Source of the DNA: Raillietiella orientalis
Taxonomy: Eukaryota
Length of the DNA: 64,000 bases
Reading direction: 5' to 3'
NCBI GenBank assembly: GCA_036172245.1
Contig: JAYWIR010000053.1
Coordinates: forward strand, 186,001 to 250,000
Of this stretch, positions 35,055 to 48,675 are shown in pieces. Positions within the stretch are counted from its first letter, which is position 1; each line of letters opens with the position of its first letter. The notes under the pieces are model-generated. The model saw only the letters and a program-made list of their open reading frames with translations, made no database searches and was not told the DNA's origin. The translations under genes were made by a program, and so were the position numbers.

Positions 35055-36245
35055 TGCACCATTGTGGTTATCAGCTGCGGGACTTGGTTGCCCTGATGAG
35101 ACACAACCCTTGCATCTCCTGCACTACCTGGCTTTAGGGGTCCGTTTCTGCATGGGCGAAGATCAATGGCATTAGCGATGAGGACTTCTGCCTCTGCAGA
35201 GGGAGGCAGGCTGGTCAGCCACTCCTGGAGATCGTTTCCAACCCACGGAAACTTCTGTGGGCTTCCTTAACCCCCCTTGCCCCAGTGCTGCCCTCCCTAA
35301 TGGAAGTTCGGGACAGCCAGCAGGAGGGATCGTGGGAAGTGTCCTGCCTCATCGGAGGCAGGAAAAAATCGATGAAGGCGTGGACGCCGAGGGAACTAGC
35401 GGACGCTAGTACCCCGAGTGTCCCGCCGAACGGACTTTTACGCTGGGGCGCGCTGCTCGGTATACCTCCGGAGGAGGTGAAGTGGCCCCCAGCGTCATGG
35501 GACAACGGTACTTTTCCCCTGCAGTGGCAGGAGACGGCGTTGCTTCTGCTCCACTGGGAACTTTTAAGCAGAGCACGCCTGTCTCGGTGGACAACGAAGA
35601 ATGTGGATGCTAGTTGTGCAGAGTGCGGGGAAAGGGAGACCTTCCCTCACTTGATTCTGGAGTGTCTTGCCCTCCGCGAAATGTGGGACAGACTCTCGTC
35701 GATCCTCAACATTCCGGAGAGTGACCCGAAAAATTTATTCTGACGCCTCCTGACGCGAGACGGCTTGCCAGCCTCCGGGAGCGTAGAAGTGCTCTGCTGC
35801 ATACGCGGTATCCTGGAGAAGTGGACCGCGTCTAGGAGAGGAAGGACCAGCCGGTATGCCATCCACTGGGCAGCCATCTCCTTGGAGAAAGCGTGCCGTA
35901 GGCGCCGACTTCGAAAACATTTGCCGGCACTGGTTCGCATCCGAAACCGGATGCAAAGGCCTGATCACGGCGCACCGTGATCCCCTCCCTCCCTCACCCT
36001 CCCCCAAAAACATTGCCCTCCAGACGTTTTTCTTTTTTTTGTTTTTGTTTTCTTTTATTTTTCCCGTCACGGCGCCAGTGAAGGACCTTATCGGCCTCCG
36101 GGTCGGTAAGGACAAGTGCTACTGCACTTCTGAACTGAACTTCTGACGTCGTAAAAAGAAAAATTTTAACAGCATAGACTTTATTACAAAATTTTGTAAT
36201 GTCGAAACTTTAGTAATAAGAGCCCCGGGTTACCCGGGTGAACAA
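35055..36245 (+). mobile_element. Family E 3' fragment (E2) with complete 3' end, antisense to H2
   Basis: ORFs 35285-35743 and 35765-35980 match E1; terminal AATAAGAGCCCCGGGTTACCCGGGTG-AACAA at 36215-36245. Confidence 0.9.
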
Positions 36246-38139
36246 CCCCGTCGGGTTTCGTGGAGACTTCGCGTTGCTTCGCGGCGAGCGTTGCCTGGTT
36301 GCCTACTTTTGATCGGCGCGCACACTCTTTTGAACGAGTTGTCCTCGTCTCGGTGATCGGAACGGCATCCATTTCAGACTCCGACCGGCGCATGTTCGAT
36401 CGGGTTTCGGCCTTCGGCGAACTACTGACAGGTTCTGCTGGATTTACAGCTGTCCTGTTGTCGTTTTCCGTCACCAGAGCATCGCTTTTGGTCACTGTTG
36501 CTTTCCCGGCGCGCGAGTTTTCAGCGTGCTCACGCGCAGTCGCACGAGGGACCTTTGCTGAAGTCTTCTTTACTTCATTACGGTTCCTCACTTCGCGTGG
36601 CGCCGTAAATGGAGATTGTGCTCCATTGCCATCTTTGAAGCCATCCGCGTCTTTGGACGGGAGCACTTTCGATGGCACCGACACGCTCGTCATGGACGCT
36701 GCCTTCGGAAAGGCTTTTAATCCCTTCGTTGGCATGGCATCCGCGCCAGTCGAGAGCTTGCTCTCCGACTGCGACGGCGTGAGATTTTTCTCCGCTTTCG
36801 CGGTGTTGGATCGCGACGCGGATTTTTTTTTGTCGACTTTCGAAGTCGACACGGCACAACCCTTCTTACCCGATTTGGGCTTATCAGCCACTGCAGGAGG
36901 TGAAGGAATGGATCTGACGGTACTGGAAGTGTCCTTACCGCCGTTGTCCATTGGCGTCCCCGCCGGTTGCTCGAACTCCGAAAAAGCCGGGCGTGCTTGG
37001 GAAAGACAGCTATTGCGCCTAGGGGGACTTACCATTGCCCCGGATTCCCCGCACCCTTTCTTTTGCGGCTCCCCTGCCGCGAGAGGGAGCGCGCAGGGCT
37101 TCGCGTGCGAGGTTTCCTGCTGCTTTGGGGCGAAATTCCGCCTCGCGTTTTTACGGAATTTCTGCAGTGGGGTCTCCAGGCTTTTCGCAGAATTTTTCTG
37201 TTTATCCGCGCTTTGTTTTTTAAGATGGAGCTTCGCGGCTGCCTTTTTTCGCAAAAGATCCAGGCAGCTTTTCAATTGGTGCCCGGATAGTTTGCAATAA
37301 CGGCATTTTCCTGAGGGGCATTTTCCTGAGGGGCATTTTCCTGAGGGGCATTTATCCAAACAATGCCCCTCCTTCCCGCATTGCTCGCACGTTCTCACTT
37401 TGCCCACGAACCACAGGTGAACGACCGTGTCTTTCACCTGTAGTTTGGTGGGCAGCAGACGGCGGTCCGGCATTCTAAGCCCGATTCCAGCGACTCCGCT
37501 GTGTATGGACGGGAAGTCCTTGAGGTTGCTACGCACCCTCCGAAGCGCATGGACCGTGGCGAATTTCCCCAACGCGTTCCGAATATCAATATCTGACATT
37601 TCCGTCTCGATGTCGAAAATCTCCGCCACAAATGAGTCGTCCATGGCGGCTTTGAAGACCTTCTGGCCACGGATCGACAATGGGGTGCGCAGCAAGCGTT
37701 GCACAAGTGCAGCGTCTTTGCAACGCACCTTGACATAGCCCATATCCTTTACGGGCGTAATGGCGAGGAGGTTCTCCTCCCGCACGTTAACACGTGTCAG
37801 TTCATCGTTGAACTGATTCCCGTCGCGCGCAGAAAGAAATCCACTCACCTTATATCGGAGAGCAGGTCTATAGCCTTGGGCTACGTATGCCCGCAACTGC
37901 GACTCCTCGAGTGATTTCCCTTTGACGGCTGCTGTGGCAGCAACGTCAGCAAACTCCTCTCCATTGCCGAGAATTACGAAGTGGAGGCGGCCGTCGGTTC
38001 CGCGATTGCAGATCCGGAAGCTGTTCCTCCAACTTCAGTAGCTTCGGGTTGGGTCGCCATCGTCGTCAAAATGTACGACGCCAAGATGAAGCGGAAGAAA
38101 GCACGGAGACGAGAGCGAAGAAAAACACGTCCGCACTCG
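36246..38139 (-). mobile_element. Family F 5' part (H2): 5'UTR and most of ORF1; inserted in sense at the GDFN motif of C2
   Basis: ORF 36184-37896 with CEQCGKEGHCLDKC and CRYCKLSGHQLKSC; tail ARRSKVGNQATLAAKQR resembles the F1 ORF1 tail ARRAQAQRRDTLAAKRR. Confidence 0.87.
37306..37350. repeat. Perfect 15-bp tandem triplication (CPSGK x3) between the two zinc knuckles of H2 ORF1
   Basis: TTTTCCTGAGGGGCA x3. Confidence 0.95.
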
Positions 38140-40440
38140 ATTGAAATCTCCCGCTATCAGGTGAGCCGTACGGACATTGGTATCCGCTAGCCAGTCGCGC
38201 TTCAGGGTTTCCAGCAGCCTGGTGCGGTCCCGGTACCCCTGCTTGCCGCTGGGGCCATACACGTTTGTGACGATTAGGTCGATCGAGTCGGACCTGCTGA
38301 GAATCAGCTGACCTATCCGACCGTCGTCATCAAACCGCATGCCCTTCACGGCAGCGTCGATGGCCGGCTTCACGAAGAACGCGACCACGCAGGTGTTGCG
38401 GAGGCCGCATCGCCAATACAACCGACCCCCGCGATCGTCTCGATCTCCTGGGCGTCTGCCGCAGTGATCACGTAAATCTCCTGCAGCAGCGCCAGGTCGA
38501 AGTGACGCAGGGTTTCGGCCGTATCTCGTCTATTTCCGTTGTCGCGCAGCCCGTTCAGGTTCCAACTGGCCACGCGGATCCGCCGGCGACTGGCGAGCCC
38601 AGGTGTTATTCCTATGAAATTGGCCCTTCGTCGTCCGCCACCTGTTGGAGCGAGACGCTAGATGGAGGGGGAGGGTCAGGTGCTGAAGGCACCTGGGCCT
38701 CCTCCTCCGTGTGTAACGGCGCTTCGGCCGGTTCACCCTCAGGTGGGGTCGCGCCTCCCTGTTCGCCCTCCTCCATAGGGACGGGCTGCTCAAGTTCGGC
38801 GACTTCAGGGAGGACTTTGCCCCCCTGTTCACCTGCCTCCATGGGGGTGGCCTGCTCGACGGCTTCCGTGCGTAAGAATTCCACCTCCGGGTTTCCCACG
38901 CTGGCGTCGGTTTCCGGCTTCTTCTTTTCGCTCGTGGAGTGGAGGCGCCTCCTTGGTTTCTGGGACTTACGTCCCGTCTTCCGGTGGGGTGCCTCCGAGG
39001 AGGAAGATGCACTTCCGGCCCCCAGGTCGAACTCACCTGCGGGGTCCTTCTTCGGCGGAGCCGGCCTGCGCACGGCCTTGCGTAAGGGCTTCTCACGCTC
39101 GGCCAGCGTGATTGCGAGCTCCTCCGCCGCCTTCGCGAAGGCGGCGTCCTCGCCGTCGGCGCGCGCGTCGCGCGGCTCACCCTCTGTGCAAACAGAGGGT
39201 TCGTTTTTGCGAACCTCGGGCGCGGCGCAAACAGCAAGGGTTGGCTCTTCGCCCCGGTTGGCAGTTTCAGGAACGGCTATGGGTTCCAGTGCCACCGTAC
39301 ATTCCCGCATGGTCTTGGAGCGCGGCCTAGGTTTTTTCGCCATGCCGGCTGTCTTTTTGACAGCTTCCGCGGGTTCCGCGGGGGGCACATTTTTCTCCTT
39401 TCTAGCCTTAACCAGCTGCCAGGCGTCCTGGACTCCCGCGTCTTCAGAAGGTTTTTCTTCCGAGGCCTGTGGGTGAGGAACGGGTGCTTGCGGCTGCTGC
39501 CCGCCAGCATCTGTCTTTGGTCTTTCGATCAATTTACCGCGTTTAGAATGCGCTTTCTTTGCGGCAGGCTGCATCGGAGTGGGAGGTTTAGGGCACACGC
39601 GGCGCACGTGGCCCTTCTCCCCGCATAAGTGGCACACAATGTTCGGGAACCGGTTGCGCATGTGTACTACCGCAACGGTGTTTCCTTACGTTCTAGAGGT
39701 CTACGTCTTCTTCATTGACCTCTAGTTTGTGAAGAACCCCACTATCCTTCTTCACCGTCACACGCGCGGTGGCCTGCCTTCCGAAAAGGCTATCGTAGCC
39801 ATCGAAGATTGTGGCCTTGGGACATGGCGCGTGTAGTTCTCCGTATTTCATAAGCTGATCAGCAACCGCAGACCGCGTCATGCGGCTGGTGATGCCAGTA
39901 AGATGGACCACTACTGAGCGCTTCATCGTGACTGGCAAGATCTTGCGTCCGTCCACGTTCAGCGAGGTAGTAATCGAGCTATGCGCCAAAGTGATGTCCT
40001 TGCAGACAACCTCGACCCGCTTACCCCCGCTGAGCACGGATAGACCGTGAAGATCCTTTTCTAACACGTTGGCGTTCTTCAACGCCTTCGATAAAGCGCG
40101 TGCAGTTCGCCCGTCAAAGAGATTGCCTACCTGGTAAACCAGGCTGGACTTGTACCCAGCTGCCCGGTAGGCTGCCATCTCCGCCATGGCATCCGCGCTA
40201 GGCGCGGCCACCATGACGCTCCAGCTCCTCGCCTTGAGCGGCGAGGGCGATTCCGGGGCGGGCGCCCCTTATTCTGTAGGCTGTGGGGGCTAGCAAACCT
40301 TCCTCACACCTACCTCTATCGTGTTGTTCTCAGGCATCGCTGCCAGAGTACACCAACGATGTTCCACACAAAAGAAACACCACAAAAACGCGCTTCCTGT
40401 CGACTCACTAGGGAGGGAAGGAAAAACACGTGCGCTCGAA
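38140..40440 (-). mobile_element. Family C-like 5' part (C2): 5'UTR, ORF1 pseudogene (40337 to 38606) and endonuclease up to GDFN; antisense within E3
   Basis: 5' motif GAGCGCACGTGTTTTT at 40438-40423; ORFs 39693-40214, 38612-39661, 38370-38573 and 38035-38421. Confidence 0.88.
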
Positions 40441-43422
40441 ACCTGTTTCGGCGACGGCCAGAGAAACGACCGAGCATACCATCACGCCCGTCTTCACTCT
40501 AGAACTCCAGACGTTCCACGCCTAACGGAGTATAAAGTTGCGCTGCGCGACAGACCTTGCAATCCTCGACGGCCAGCTTGCTGGACGCCCAAGGCCAAGA
40601 ATGCTCAGCTCCAGCAAAAATAAACCGCATCCTGCGAGACTTTTGCTGCATTCTGTACGCGCGTAGAACAACAAAGCGCGCCGTGGCGCAGCGCTTGCTT
40701 CCGCAAGGCGCTCTCGCGTTACAGGATGAGCAGAAACATCAATTCGAGGAGCCTTTCTTGATGGCGGAGATCATCTCCACCATCGGAAAGCTCAGAAAGA
40801 GGAAAGCACCAGGAAAGGACGGTCTGCCTGCGGAGTTCTACCAAGGCTTTGTGGCGAAGCTGGCCTTCCTAATGCATCGGCTTTACATGCTGATCCGAGA
40901 ACAAGGGGACGTCCACAAATCGTTCCGGTCAGCTAGAGTGCGTATCCTGCCCAAGGAAAGAGACAATCGCAACGTACGAAACTGGCGTCTTATCATAGTT
41001 GTGAATGTGGATGCAAATTTGCTTGCCAAGCTTTGGGATGAGCTACTGGGACCGGTGGCGGAATCCGTGGTGAGTGCGGAGGCGGCATACGCTGTTCCAG
41101 GACGATCCATATAGGCCAACCTCTTCCTCTCCAGTATATGGTGGCAGTTGTAACAAGGCGAAGAGCAAAAAGCTCGAGTGAATTCTGGATTCTTTTCTGA
41201 TCAGGGAGGGGACACCCTCCATGTAAGAACCGCGCCCGGAGCTCTTGCGGTCGAAGTCGATCTGCGCAAAGCGTTCGATTGCGTCCACCAGGAACCTTTT
41301 CTAGAGCTCTTGGAACGCTAAGGATTCCCGGTCGTCTAACTGGCTCACCTGCGCTCCCGATTGCGCTTCGCTCTAATAAAAATCACTTTTAGTGACAGGC
41401 ACGTGTACGGCGTGCCGGTTCGGCGTAGCATGAGGCAGGGTGACAGTCTGAGCCCCTTGCTCTTCAGCATCTACTTCCAGCTGGTGCTGAGGGCATACAA
41501 GGAGACTCTGGCAACCCTGCCAAGCTTGTGTCCCGGCACGCCTGCCGTGTCGGCCTACGCCGACGACCTTCTGCTCCTGCTCCCCGGGTCCTCATCGGCG
41601 TCGTCGCTCGAAGATTTCTTTGAGTTGCTGCGCCGCGGGACGGGCCTCGAGGTGAACAGAGAGAAATCTTCCATCGCTCCAACATCGCCACTACTTTTAA
41701 ACAATACGGCGTGGGCCGGACGGCCGGACTAGATCCGCTTATGGATCCCCACGGGCAGGTGCTTCAAGTACCTTGGCGTTCCGTTGGGGGACTTTTGCGT
41801 TGCAGAAGCCTGGTCAGACCGTCTCCAACAGGTGGAGTTGGCGATCGGCCCGTTCCGGAACGGCAAGTTTTACTTGCAGGAGCGGGCCGCGGTGTGGAAC
41901 GCGTTCGCGGCCCCCTTTCTTCGCCCCTTACTTTTTGTTTGCCCGCCCCTCCCATCATACAGAGACTGACCAAAGCCCTCTTGAGGACTGCCCTTTTGGG
42001 CACAGCGAGGTCGCGAGTCCGATTGAAAGACTTGTGCGCTCCACGCAGGGATGGTGGCTTGAGCCTTTCTATGTTGGGGCGCATCGAACTACAAACTAAA
42101 CTTCGAAAGTTAGCCTTTGTGGCTAGGTTATGGATGACGCCATCGTGCAATGCGGCACGGCTCCTCGCCAGAAGAGCGACCGGCTGCGAATGATTGTCCT
42201 CGATGCTCGTGGCCTACCAGCGCAGCCTCTCCAACTGTGGCCCCCATTTGCGTCAGATGGTCGCCCTGATGAGGGAGAATACCTAAAGCTCCTGTTTATC
42301 CGCTAACTAGACTGCCTTGCTTCAGGAGTCAGCCTCCGCGTGAGCTAAGATGAACGGCAGGAGCGCGTCGGAATACAACTGTCTAGGACGATGTCCGTAC
42401 GCTCGACATCCGCTCCAGGAGACTATAAACACGCCCCGGAAGTTTTTTCGAGCTTCTTTTAGCCCACTTGCCCCGTTCTGTCCTCCCTGAAAAACACTAG
42501 CAGCAGCAACGAGCGGGCATCGTGGGAAGTGTCCTGCCTCATCCGTGGCAGGAGAATGCTTTTTAAGGCGTGGACGACTCGGGAGCTCACGGACGCTGCT
42601 ACTTCGAGCGTCTCGTCTCACGGACTTGCGCGCTGGGGACAGCTGCTCGCAATACCTACGGAGTAGGTGAAGTGGCCCCCAGCGTGTTGGGATAGCGGCA
42701 CACTTCCGTTAAAGTGGCAGGAGACGGCGTTGCAATTTCTGCTCTGGGGACTGTTAAGCAGAGCACGCCTGTCTCACTGGGCACTGAAGAATGTGGATGC
42801 CTGCTGTGTCGAGTGCGGTGAAACAGAAACGTTCTCGCATCTCAATCTTGAGTGTGTCGCCCTGGATGGACTCCGGAGTCGAATCGCTTCAATCCCTCAT
42901 CTTCCAGTAGGCGACCCTAAGGACATTTAACGTCACCTCTTTCTGCGTGACGTCCTGCGCCCCATTGCGTTTCTAGCAGTCCTCTGCTGCGTGTGCGGCA
43001 TTGTGCGAAGGTGGCACGCCAGAAGAAGAGGCTTAAGATGCAGGGAATCCATCCACTGGACGACGATCTCTTCAGAGACGGCGACAAGGTGGCGTCTACC
43101 TCAAACAGTGAAAGCAGAACTTGACTGCATCCTAAACTGGATGCAGAAGACCGACTTAGGCGCCCAGTGATCTCTACCCTGCCCCCCCACTCCCCCATAT
43201 AACTGTTACCCTCCCTTTTATTTCTCTTTTTGTTTCTTTTTGTTCTGGTTTCCGCTTCCCATGCTCCTCGGGAATGTGCCTAACTGGTCTATGCACCGGC
43301 AACCGACACGTCAAGCATGGTGGGAAAACCAATTGTTTCCCCACAACAAACTTTTGAAAGACTTTATTAACTAATTCTGTGAGGATTAGATTGATAAATG
43401 CCCCGGCATATCCGGGTGACAA
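40441..43422 (+). mobile_element. Degenerate family E-like copy (E3): post-endonuclease linker, RT and complete 3' end
   Basis: ORFs 40557-41114, 41361-41732 (RQGDSLSP, YADD) and 42667-42930 (CVECG..HLNLEC); terminal GATAAATGCCCCGGCATATCCGGGTG at 43393-43418. Confidence 0.88.
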
Positions 43423-44645
43423 ATGTCGACCGCGCCCAAGCCCTCCAGGCCCTGGTCGTCGAAAGCACAAGCCGCTCCTGAATGCCAGACCTTGCGCTCA
43501 GCCTTGGCCTTGTACTCCTCAAGGTACCGGACGTCCAGGCATCGGGAGAATTGGCGGGCCTGCAGAAACTCTCTGCTATTGGCCATGCCTTCCCCGAAGC
43601 CACGGGGAAGCAGGCACAAGGGGAACCAGCTGCAGAACTCGCGGACCGATGTTTTCAGATCGTCCCCGTCCACGAGCTCTCGAGCGGCCAAGGTCCAGAG
43701 ATGCTAGCGGAAGTGCTCCGCAGCCACCGGATTTGTCATCCAGTCGGCCGGCAACCTCCAGACTTGTGTCGGAGGGCCCTTGCCAGGCGGGAGTAACTCC
43801 AACTCCAGCCTGTAGTGGTCGGAAAGCTTGGACGGCACGGGACCTCCTCGACCCACCCTACAATGCAGGTGAGCGTCGAGGAACACATGGTCCGGCAAAG
43901 CACGCATCCCGGGATCGTCGGTCAGCAAAATCGAGGCGTGCACCGACGCGCACACGTCGTTCACCTGCCGTTTCTCCCGGAGACGGTGAGTCTCCTCCGA
44001 TAGCGCGTGGACGTTGAAGTCCCCTGCTACGAGGTGAGCCACGTCAGGGCCGGAGTTGTTCAGACAGCTGTCGCGCAGTCTCTCGAGAAACTCCAGTTTC
44101 TCGGTGCGCCGCGCGGAGCCGCTCGGCGCGTACACCTTCGTGACGACGAGGTTGATCGATTCGCACCACTTGAGAACAAGTTGGCCCACACGACCTTCCT
44201 CGTCGATACAAACGCTCCGCACCGCTCCCGGCACCCTCCCTCGGTCAATTAATGCGACTCCGCAGGTATTCTGGGAGCCTGACCTCCAATGGAGCGTCAC
44301 GCCTGCGCGAACTTGCAGATCGGCCACTTGCTGCTCGGAGAGCGAGTGAATCTCCTGCAGCAGGGTCAGATCGGATTCGCCCAAGACGTTCGCAACCAAT
44401 CGCCTCTTCACGTTGTCCTGCAGCCCGTTGACGTTCCAACAGGCCACTCGGACGCGACGGGGAGAAGCGACACTGCGCATTGCTATTACGTTCAGGGAGG
44501 TGTGTTCCACGCCCCGTCCGGCGAGGCATTAGCCGGAAGCACGGCGGATGAAGTAGCGCAAGCGCTTCCTGTCCCCACCGCGCGGCTCGCGGGTGGCGCG
44601 GTGGAGTCGTGGACCACTGCCACAGTCTTGCAACTGGAGGCGTCT
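43423..44645 (-). mobile_element. Family F-like fragment (F3): ORF1 end plus endonuclease domain, interrupted by E3
   Basis: ORF 43704-44510 (ATG 44480; WNVNG, LLQEIH, HLVAGDFN, PDHVFL, SDH) and 43386-43691. Confidence 0.88.
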
Positions 44646-45101
44646 AAAAATATGTTTTCGGTCGCCAATGCCGGAATGTGTAGGGCCGATGAGAGTCTGT
44701 CCCTCATCTAGCGGAGAGCAACACACTCCACCATCTCTTTGCAGGAGAAGTCCCTTCAGTGCGTACGAAGAAAATATCTGTTGGCACTTGGTGGCTTCCA
44801 TACCCGGATACAAAGGCTTCCCCACGGAGTACCGCGATCAGTTCTATTCCCTCCTCTTCCAAAGAGAATTTCCTTCCCAGTCATTTGCTTTTTTTTTTTT
44901 TTATCCCTATCTTTTTAGCCTTCTCAGCCAGTGGAGAGGTCCTTACCAGCTTTAGGCTCGGTAAGGACAGGTGTTTAAAGACCTTCAGAACTCTGTCTGC
45001 TTGAACAAAAAAAAAAAATTCTTAATTGATTTTTTTAAAGGACAGAGCGTTTTATGGAATTTTTATTCATAAGAATTTCAATAATAAAAGCCCCGAATTA
45101 C
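44646..45101 (+). mobile_element. Old family E-like 3'-terminal fragment
   Basis: Degenerate ORF2 C-terminus, GTCCTTACC..GGTAAGGAC hairpin, AATAAAAGCCCCG (truncated terminal motif). Confidence 0.7.
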
Positions 45102-45109
45102 TGAAGATC

Positions 45110-46620
45110 CATGAAGATTTACTCAACGACGTTTGAACTACATTATCAAAAACCCACGCAACTTGATGTTGGCCCATTCTACCTTTCCTCCGCCCTTGCT
45201 GCTCTTCCTCACGAACACCAGGGACTGAAACAATCGGGCACTCTTGGAGGTATCCTGTTTCGTTGGAGGCACAAGGAAACCCTTAGAAGCGTGCACGATA
45301 CAAGAGTTATTCGACGTTTCGTCTTCGAGCCCAAATCTAAAACACTTCTGCATCGAAGCGAACTGCTCCGACCACGATCTTTTTGAGGACTGTGTCAAGA
45401 TGATATCGCGGAAATAATTTAAAAGGAGCGCATGTCAGATGCCGAAGACGAATCTATACGAACAGTGATTTATTTCCTGCCTTCCCTTCCTACAATTAAT
45501 GTTTCTTCTTTTTCAATTCTTTTCCTTTATTTGTGTATTTCTTTTTCCTTTTATCTTGTCCTTCAAGATCAGCGTTGTGTAGAAAAATTTCATTGATGGA
45601 TACTTCGACATATCCGGTTGCTAGACGTCGTTTGGGGTGGAGCATTTCCAGCTCTTCTCGTAGGGCGGGCACTCTGTCCTGCACTACCAGATTTCGCGCT
45701 CGGCTCTCGCCTTTCACTCTGCAAGATGCTGGACGTCATCGATTCTGGAAACAATCAGCGTCTGCAGAAATTCTCAATTGTTAGCTACGAGTTTCCCGGA
45801 GCCTCGTGGAAGGCGATACAAAGAGAACCGGCTGCATAGCTCTCGGACAAATCTTTTGAGATGGTCACTGTGCGAGTGTTTTAAGATTACGGAGTGGCAA
45901 TGATGCTGATAAAGATGTTCAGCGGCTTCCCAATAGCTATGCCATTCCCTTTATAAGCTCCTGTTGTTGTACGGAGGCCTCTTGACTATCATGAGAAGCT
46001 CGAATCTGTGCTGGTCCGACAGCCCAGGTGGTATCATTCCAGTCCTCTTTACGCGGGAATAGAGGTTATAATCGAAGACCAAATGAACCAGCGATCTTCC
46101 CTTCCTAGGTTCCTGTCCTTGAAGTTGGTTGCGTGCACATACGCGCACATCTCGATGGCTAGCGAGCACACCCTTGGGCAGATCCAGTCGTCCGAAAGCA
46201 GGCAGACTTTGAAGTCCCTCGCGAATATGTGCACCAATTAGTGGCTGAAGATCTCCAGCCAGTGGCACTGCACTTTGCAAAGGAATGCTATCGTTTTGGC
46301 GAGACAGCTTATGCCACTCGGCTCCTAGACGTTCGTAGCGAGGAGATCGATTGACAAGAAACGTTTGACGACAGCTTAGTCCAATAGACTGGTCTTGTCG
46401 TAACGAACGCCACGCATTGATTTCTCCAATTTGTCTCTTGCGAGGAACGCCACTGCATTTGTCCGTGCGACACCGCAACACAAAGGTGGCGTTCCTTCAT
46501 CGGGTTTCTCTATTTCGGCAGGGTTTAGTATTGGTAGGGTTTCTTTTTTGTAAAGTCGCCAGTTTATGGTGCTCATTTATGACTTCCAAAGCTCATGGGA
46601 GTCTATTTCTTATCATTCTA
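45110..46620 (-). mobile_element. Highly decayed LINE ORF2 relic (endonuclease to early RT); ORF1 relic possibly extends to about 47550
   Basis: Remnants such as GLSDQHRFELL, a GDF codon run near 46220, VSINEI and KG-QD in the expected order on minus. Confidence 0.55.
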
Positions 46621-47619
46621 TGATTCTCGCTGGAGATATATCAAAATTAGGAGCGTATGGAATGGTGAAGTATAATTATGGAAGAGAAGAAGCACGAGCT
46701 TCAAGGAGTGAACGACGTTGCCTACTAGTCGCCTCTTTTCGGGGTCCTGCATTTTGGTCACGTTCGCGCAAGCGACATACTGATGCCGATAAGACGCATT
46801 CCCTCTTAAAAGTTCCGAGGAGATGTCAGCTTTTTGCTAGTTTTATCCGTCAGAAGGACAGTGAGCAACACCACTGGTTGGACGCCAATTTCGTTCACGG
46901 CCGCCGTCGCTCTGCATGCAGCCGTGTAGCAACTCTGCAGTGCTTCCCTGAATCTTCTTCTTTACTTCCTCAGAAGCTGAGCACGTGCACCCTATTCACC
47001 TGCTTTCGTTTTCAAGGTCTTGTCCTGGTTCTTTATCCTGAGTGACTCTAGCAAATCTGCCGAAGGCGCAGACTTGTGGTAGGGGAAAACCCAATCGATG
47101 ATCCCTCAAAAGCAACTTCATGAAAGTCAGGAAAGACTGCGTCTTTGCCTTCAGAGAAAAACTGGCAGTGTTTGCTAGCTCCACGGCAGTCTTGACTTTG
47201 GGTACGTGATCATAGCGTCTCTTTTCGTGACGGTAGTTTCCCGGATGCGCGCGATTTCCATAGCTAATCGCCTTATTGCGTGAGGAGCCTTCCCGCGACT
47301 CCTCTCCACGTAATGCTTTAAAAAGAATCACAGAATGTAGTTTTCGAGCGCCTTTTGTAAGCATTTGGTTGCTGCTCTTTTCCAAAACCGTGCCTATTAC
47401 TTTACCATCGTCGGAGGCGATCGCGTATCACTACCCGACAACTTCCGACGTTTCCACCACGGATGACAAAGGCCCTGCCTTCGCAGCAGCTTTGAACGGC
47501 TTCTTCTTGGTCTCGTGGGCAACTGCCAATGCTCGTCCTTTCACTGTGTAGGTGTGGAACGGCTCTCAGCTGCGTGACTGCGCGTGGTAAGTGTTTTGGA
47601 GTTCCGACTTTCCAAGGTA

Positions 47620-48675
47620 AATTTTTCCTGCCTCCGTCGAGACATAAACGGTAACCAGTACCTGCGGGGGATAGTTTTCAACTCACAAAAGCTTTTGTGG
47701 ACTTCATTTATCCTCCTTGCACCGTGCTATCCTCCCTCAAAAAAGCAAGGGACATAAAAGAGGTGGCATCCTGAGAAGTGTCCTACCTAATCGGATGCAG
47801 GAAAGAACTCATCAAGGCGTGGACGCCCCGGGAACTAGCGGAAGCTACGAAACCGAGTGTCTCACCAAATGGAATTGGCGCTGGGACGAGCTGCTCGGTA
47901 TTTCTACGGAGAAGGTGAAGTGTCCCCTAACGTCTCGTGACTCTCCCTGCAGTGGTAGGAGACGGTGTTGCTTCTGCTCCATTGAGGAGTTTTTAAGCAG
48001 AGAACTCCTTTCTCATGATCCTCCGGGAGTATGGATGATAATTGTACATTGTACCAGGAATGGGAGACCTTTCCCTACTTAGTCATCGAGTATTTTTCCC
48101 TGCGCCAGATGTAAAATCGACTCTTGTCGACCCTAAACATTCCGATTGGAGACCCGAAAAACACTTTCAGACGTTTCCTGTTGCAAGAAGCGATGCCAGC
48201 TTTCGTATGTGTAGCGGTGCTCTGTTGCATACTTGGAATTTTGGACAAGTGGACTGCAACCAGGAGAAAACGCCGAAGTCGGAATGCCATCCACTGGGCA
48301 ACCATCTCTTTGTAAAAGGCTTCTCGTTGGCGCCGACTTAACATTTGCCGGCACTTGTTATCATCTAAATTCGGATGCAGAGGCTCACCACGGCGTACCG
48401 TAATCCCTTTCCTTCCCTACCCACCCTATAGACATTGTTCCCCAAGCATTTTTTCTTTTCTCGGTTTCTTTGTTTTGTTTTGTTTTCTCTTTTCCCCGTC
48501 CCATTTGTCAGTGCAGAGGACCTCATCGGCATACATTTCGGAAATGACAAGTGCTTAAGACAATAAGAACAGTGTGTTCTGAATGGAAAACAAGTACAGA
48601 CGACAGAACTTGATTATAAAATACTCAAATGTAAAAATTTTTAATAAGAAAAGCTCCGGCTTACCCGGGTAAAAA
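47620..48675 (+). mobile_element. Old family E-like 3' fragment with terminal motif
   Basis: ORF 48124-48315 (AVLCCILGILDKWTA..RNAIHWA); AAAAGCTCCGGCTTACCCGGGT-AAAAA at 48649-48675. Confidence 0.82.

Noticed and set aside
36068..36122. Hammerhead, twister or HDV ribozyme in the 3'UTR hairpins
   Set aside because: Could not find CUGANGA/GAAA cores or the required pseudoknots by eye; retained only as a structured-UTR finding.
1..48675. RIP-like or CpG-methylation hypermutation of the repeats
   Set aside because: Copies remain GC- and CpG-rich, with mixed substitutions and indels; no obvious dinucleotide-specific depletion by eye (not computed).
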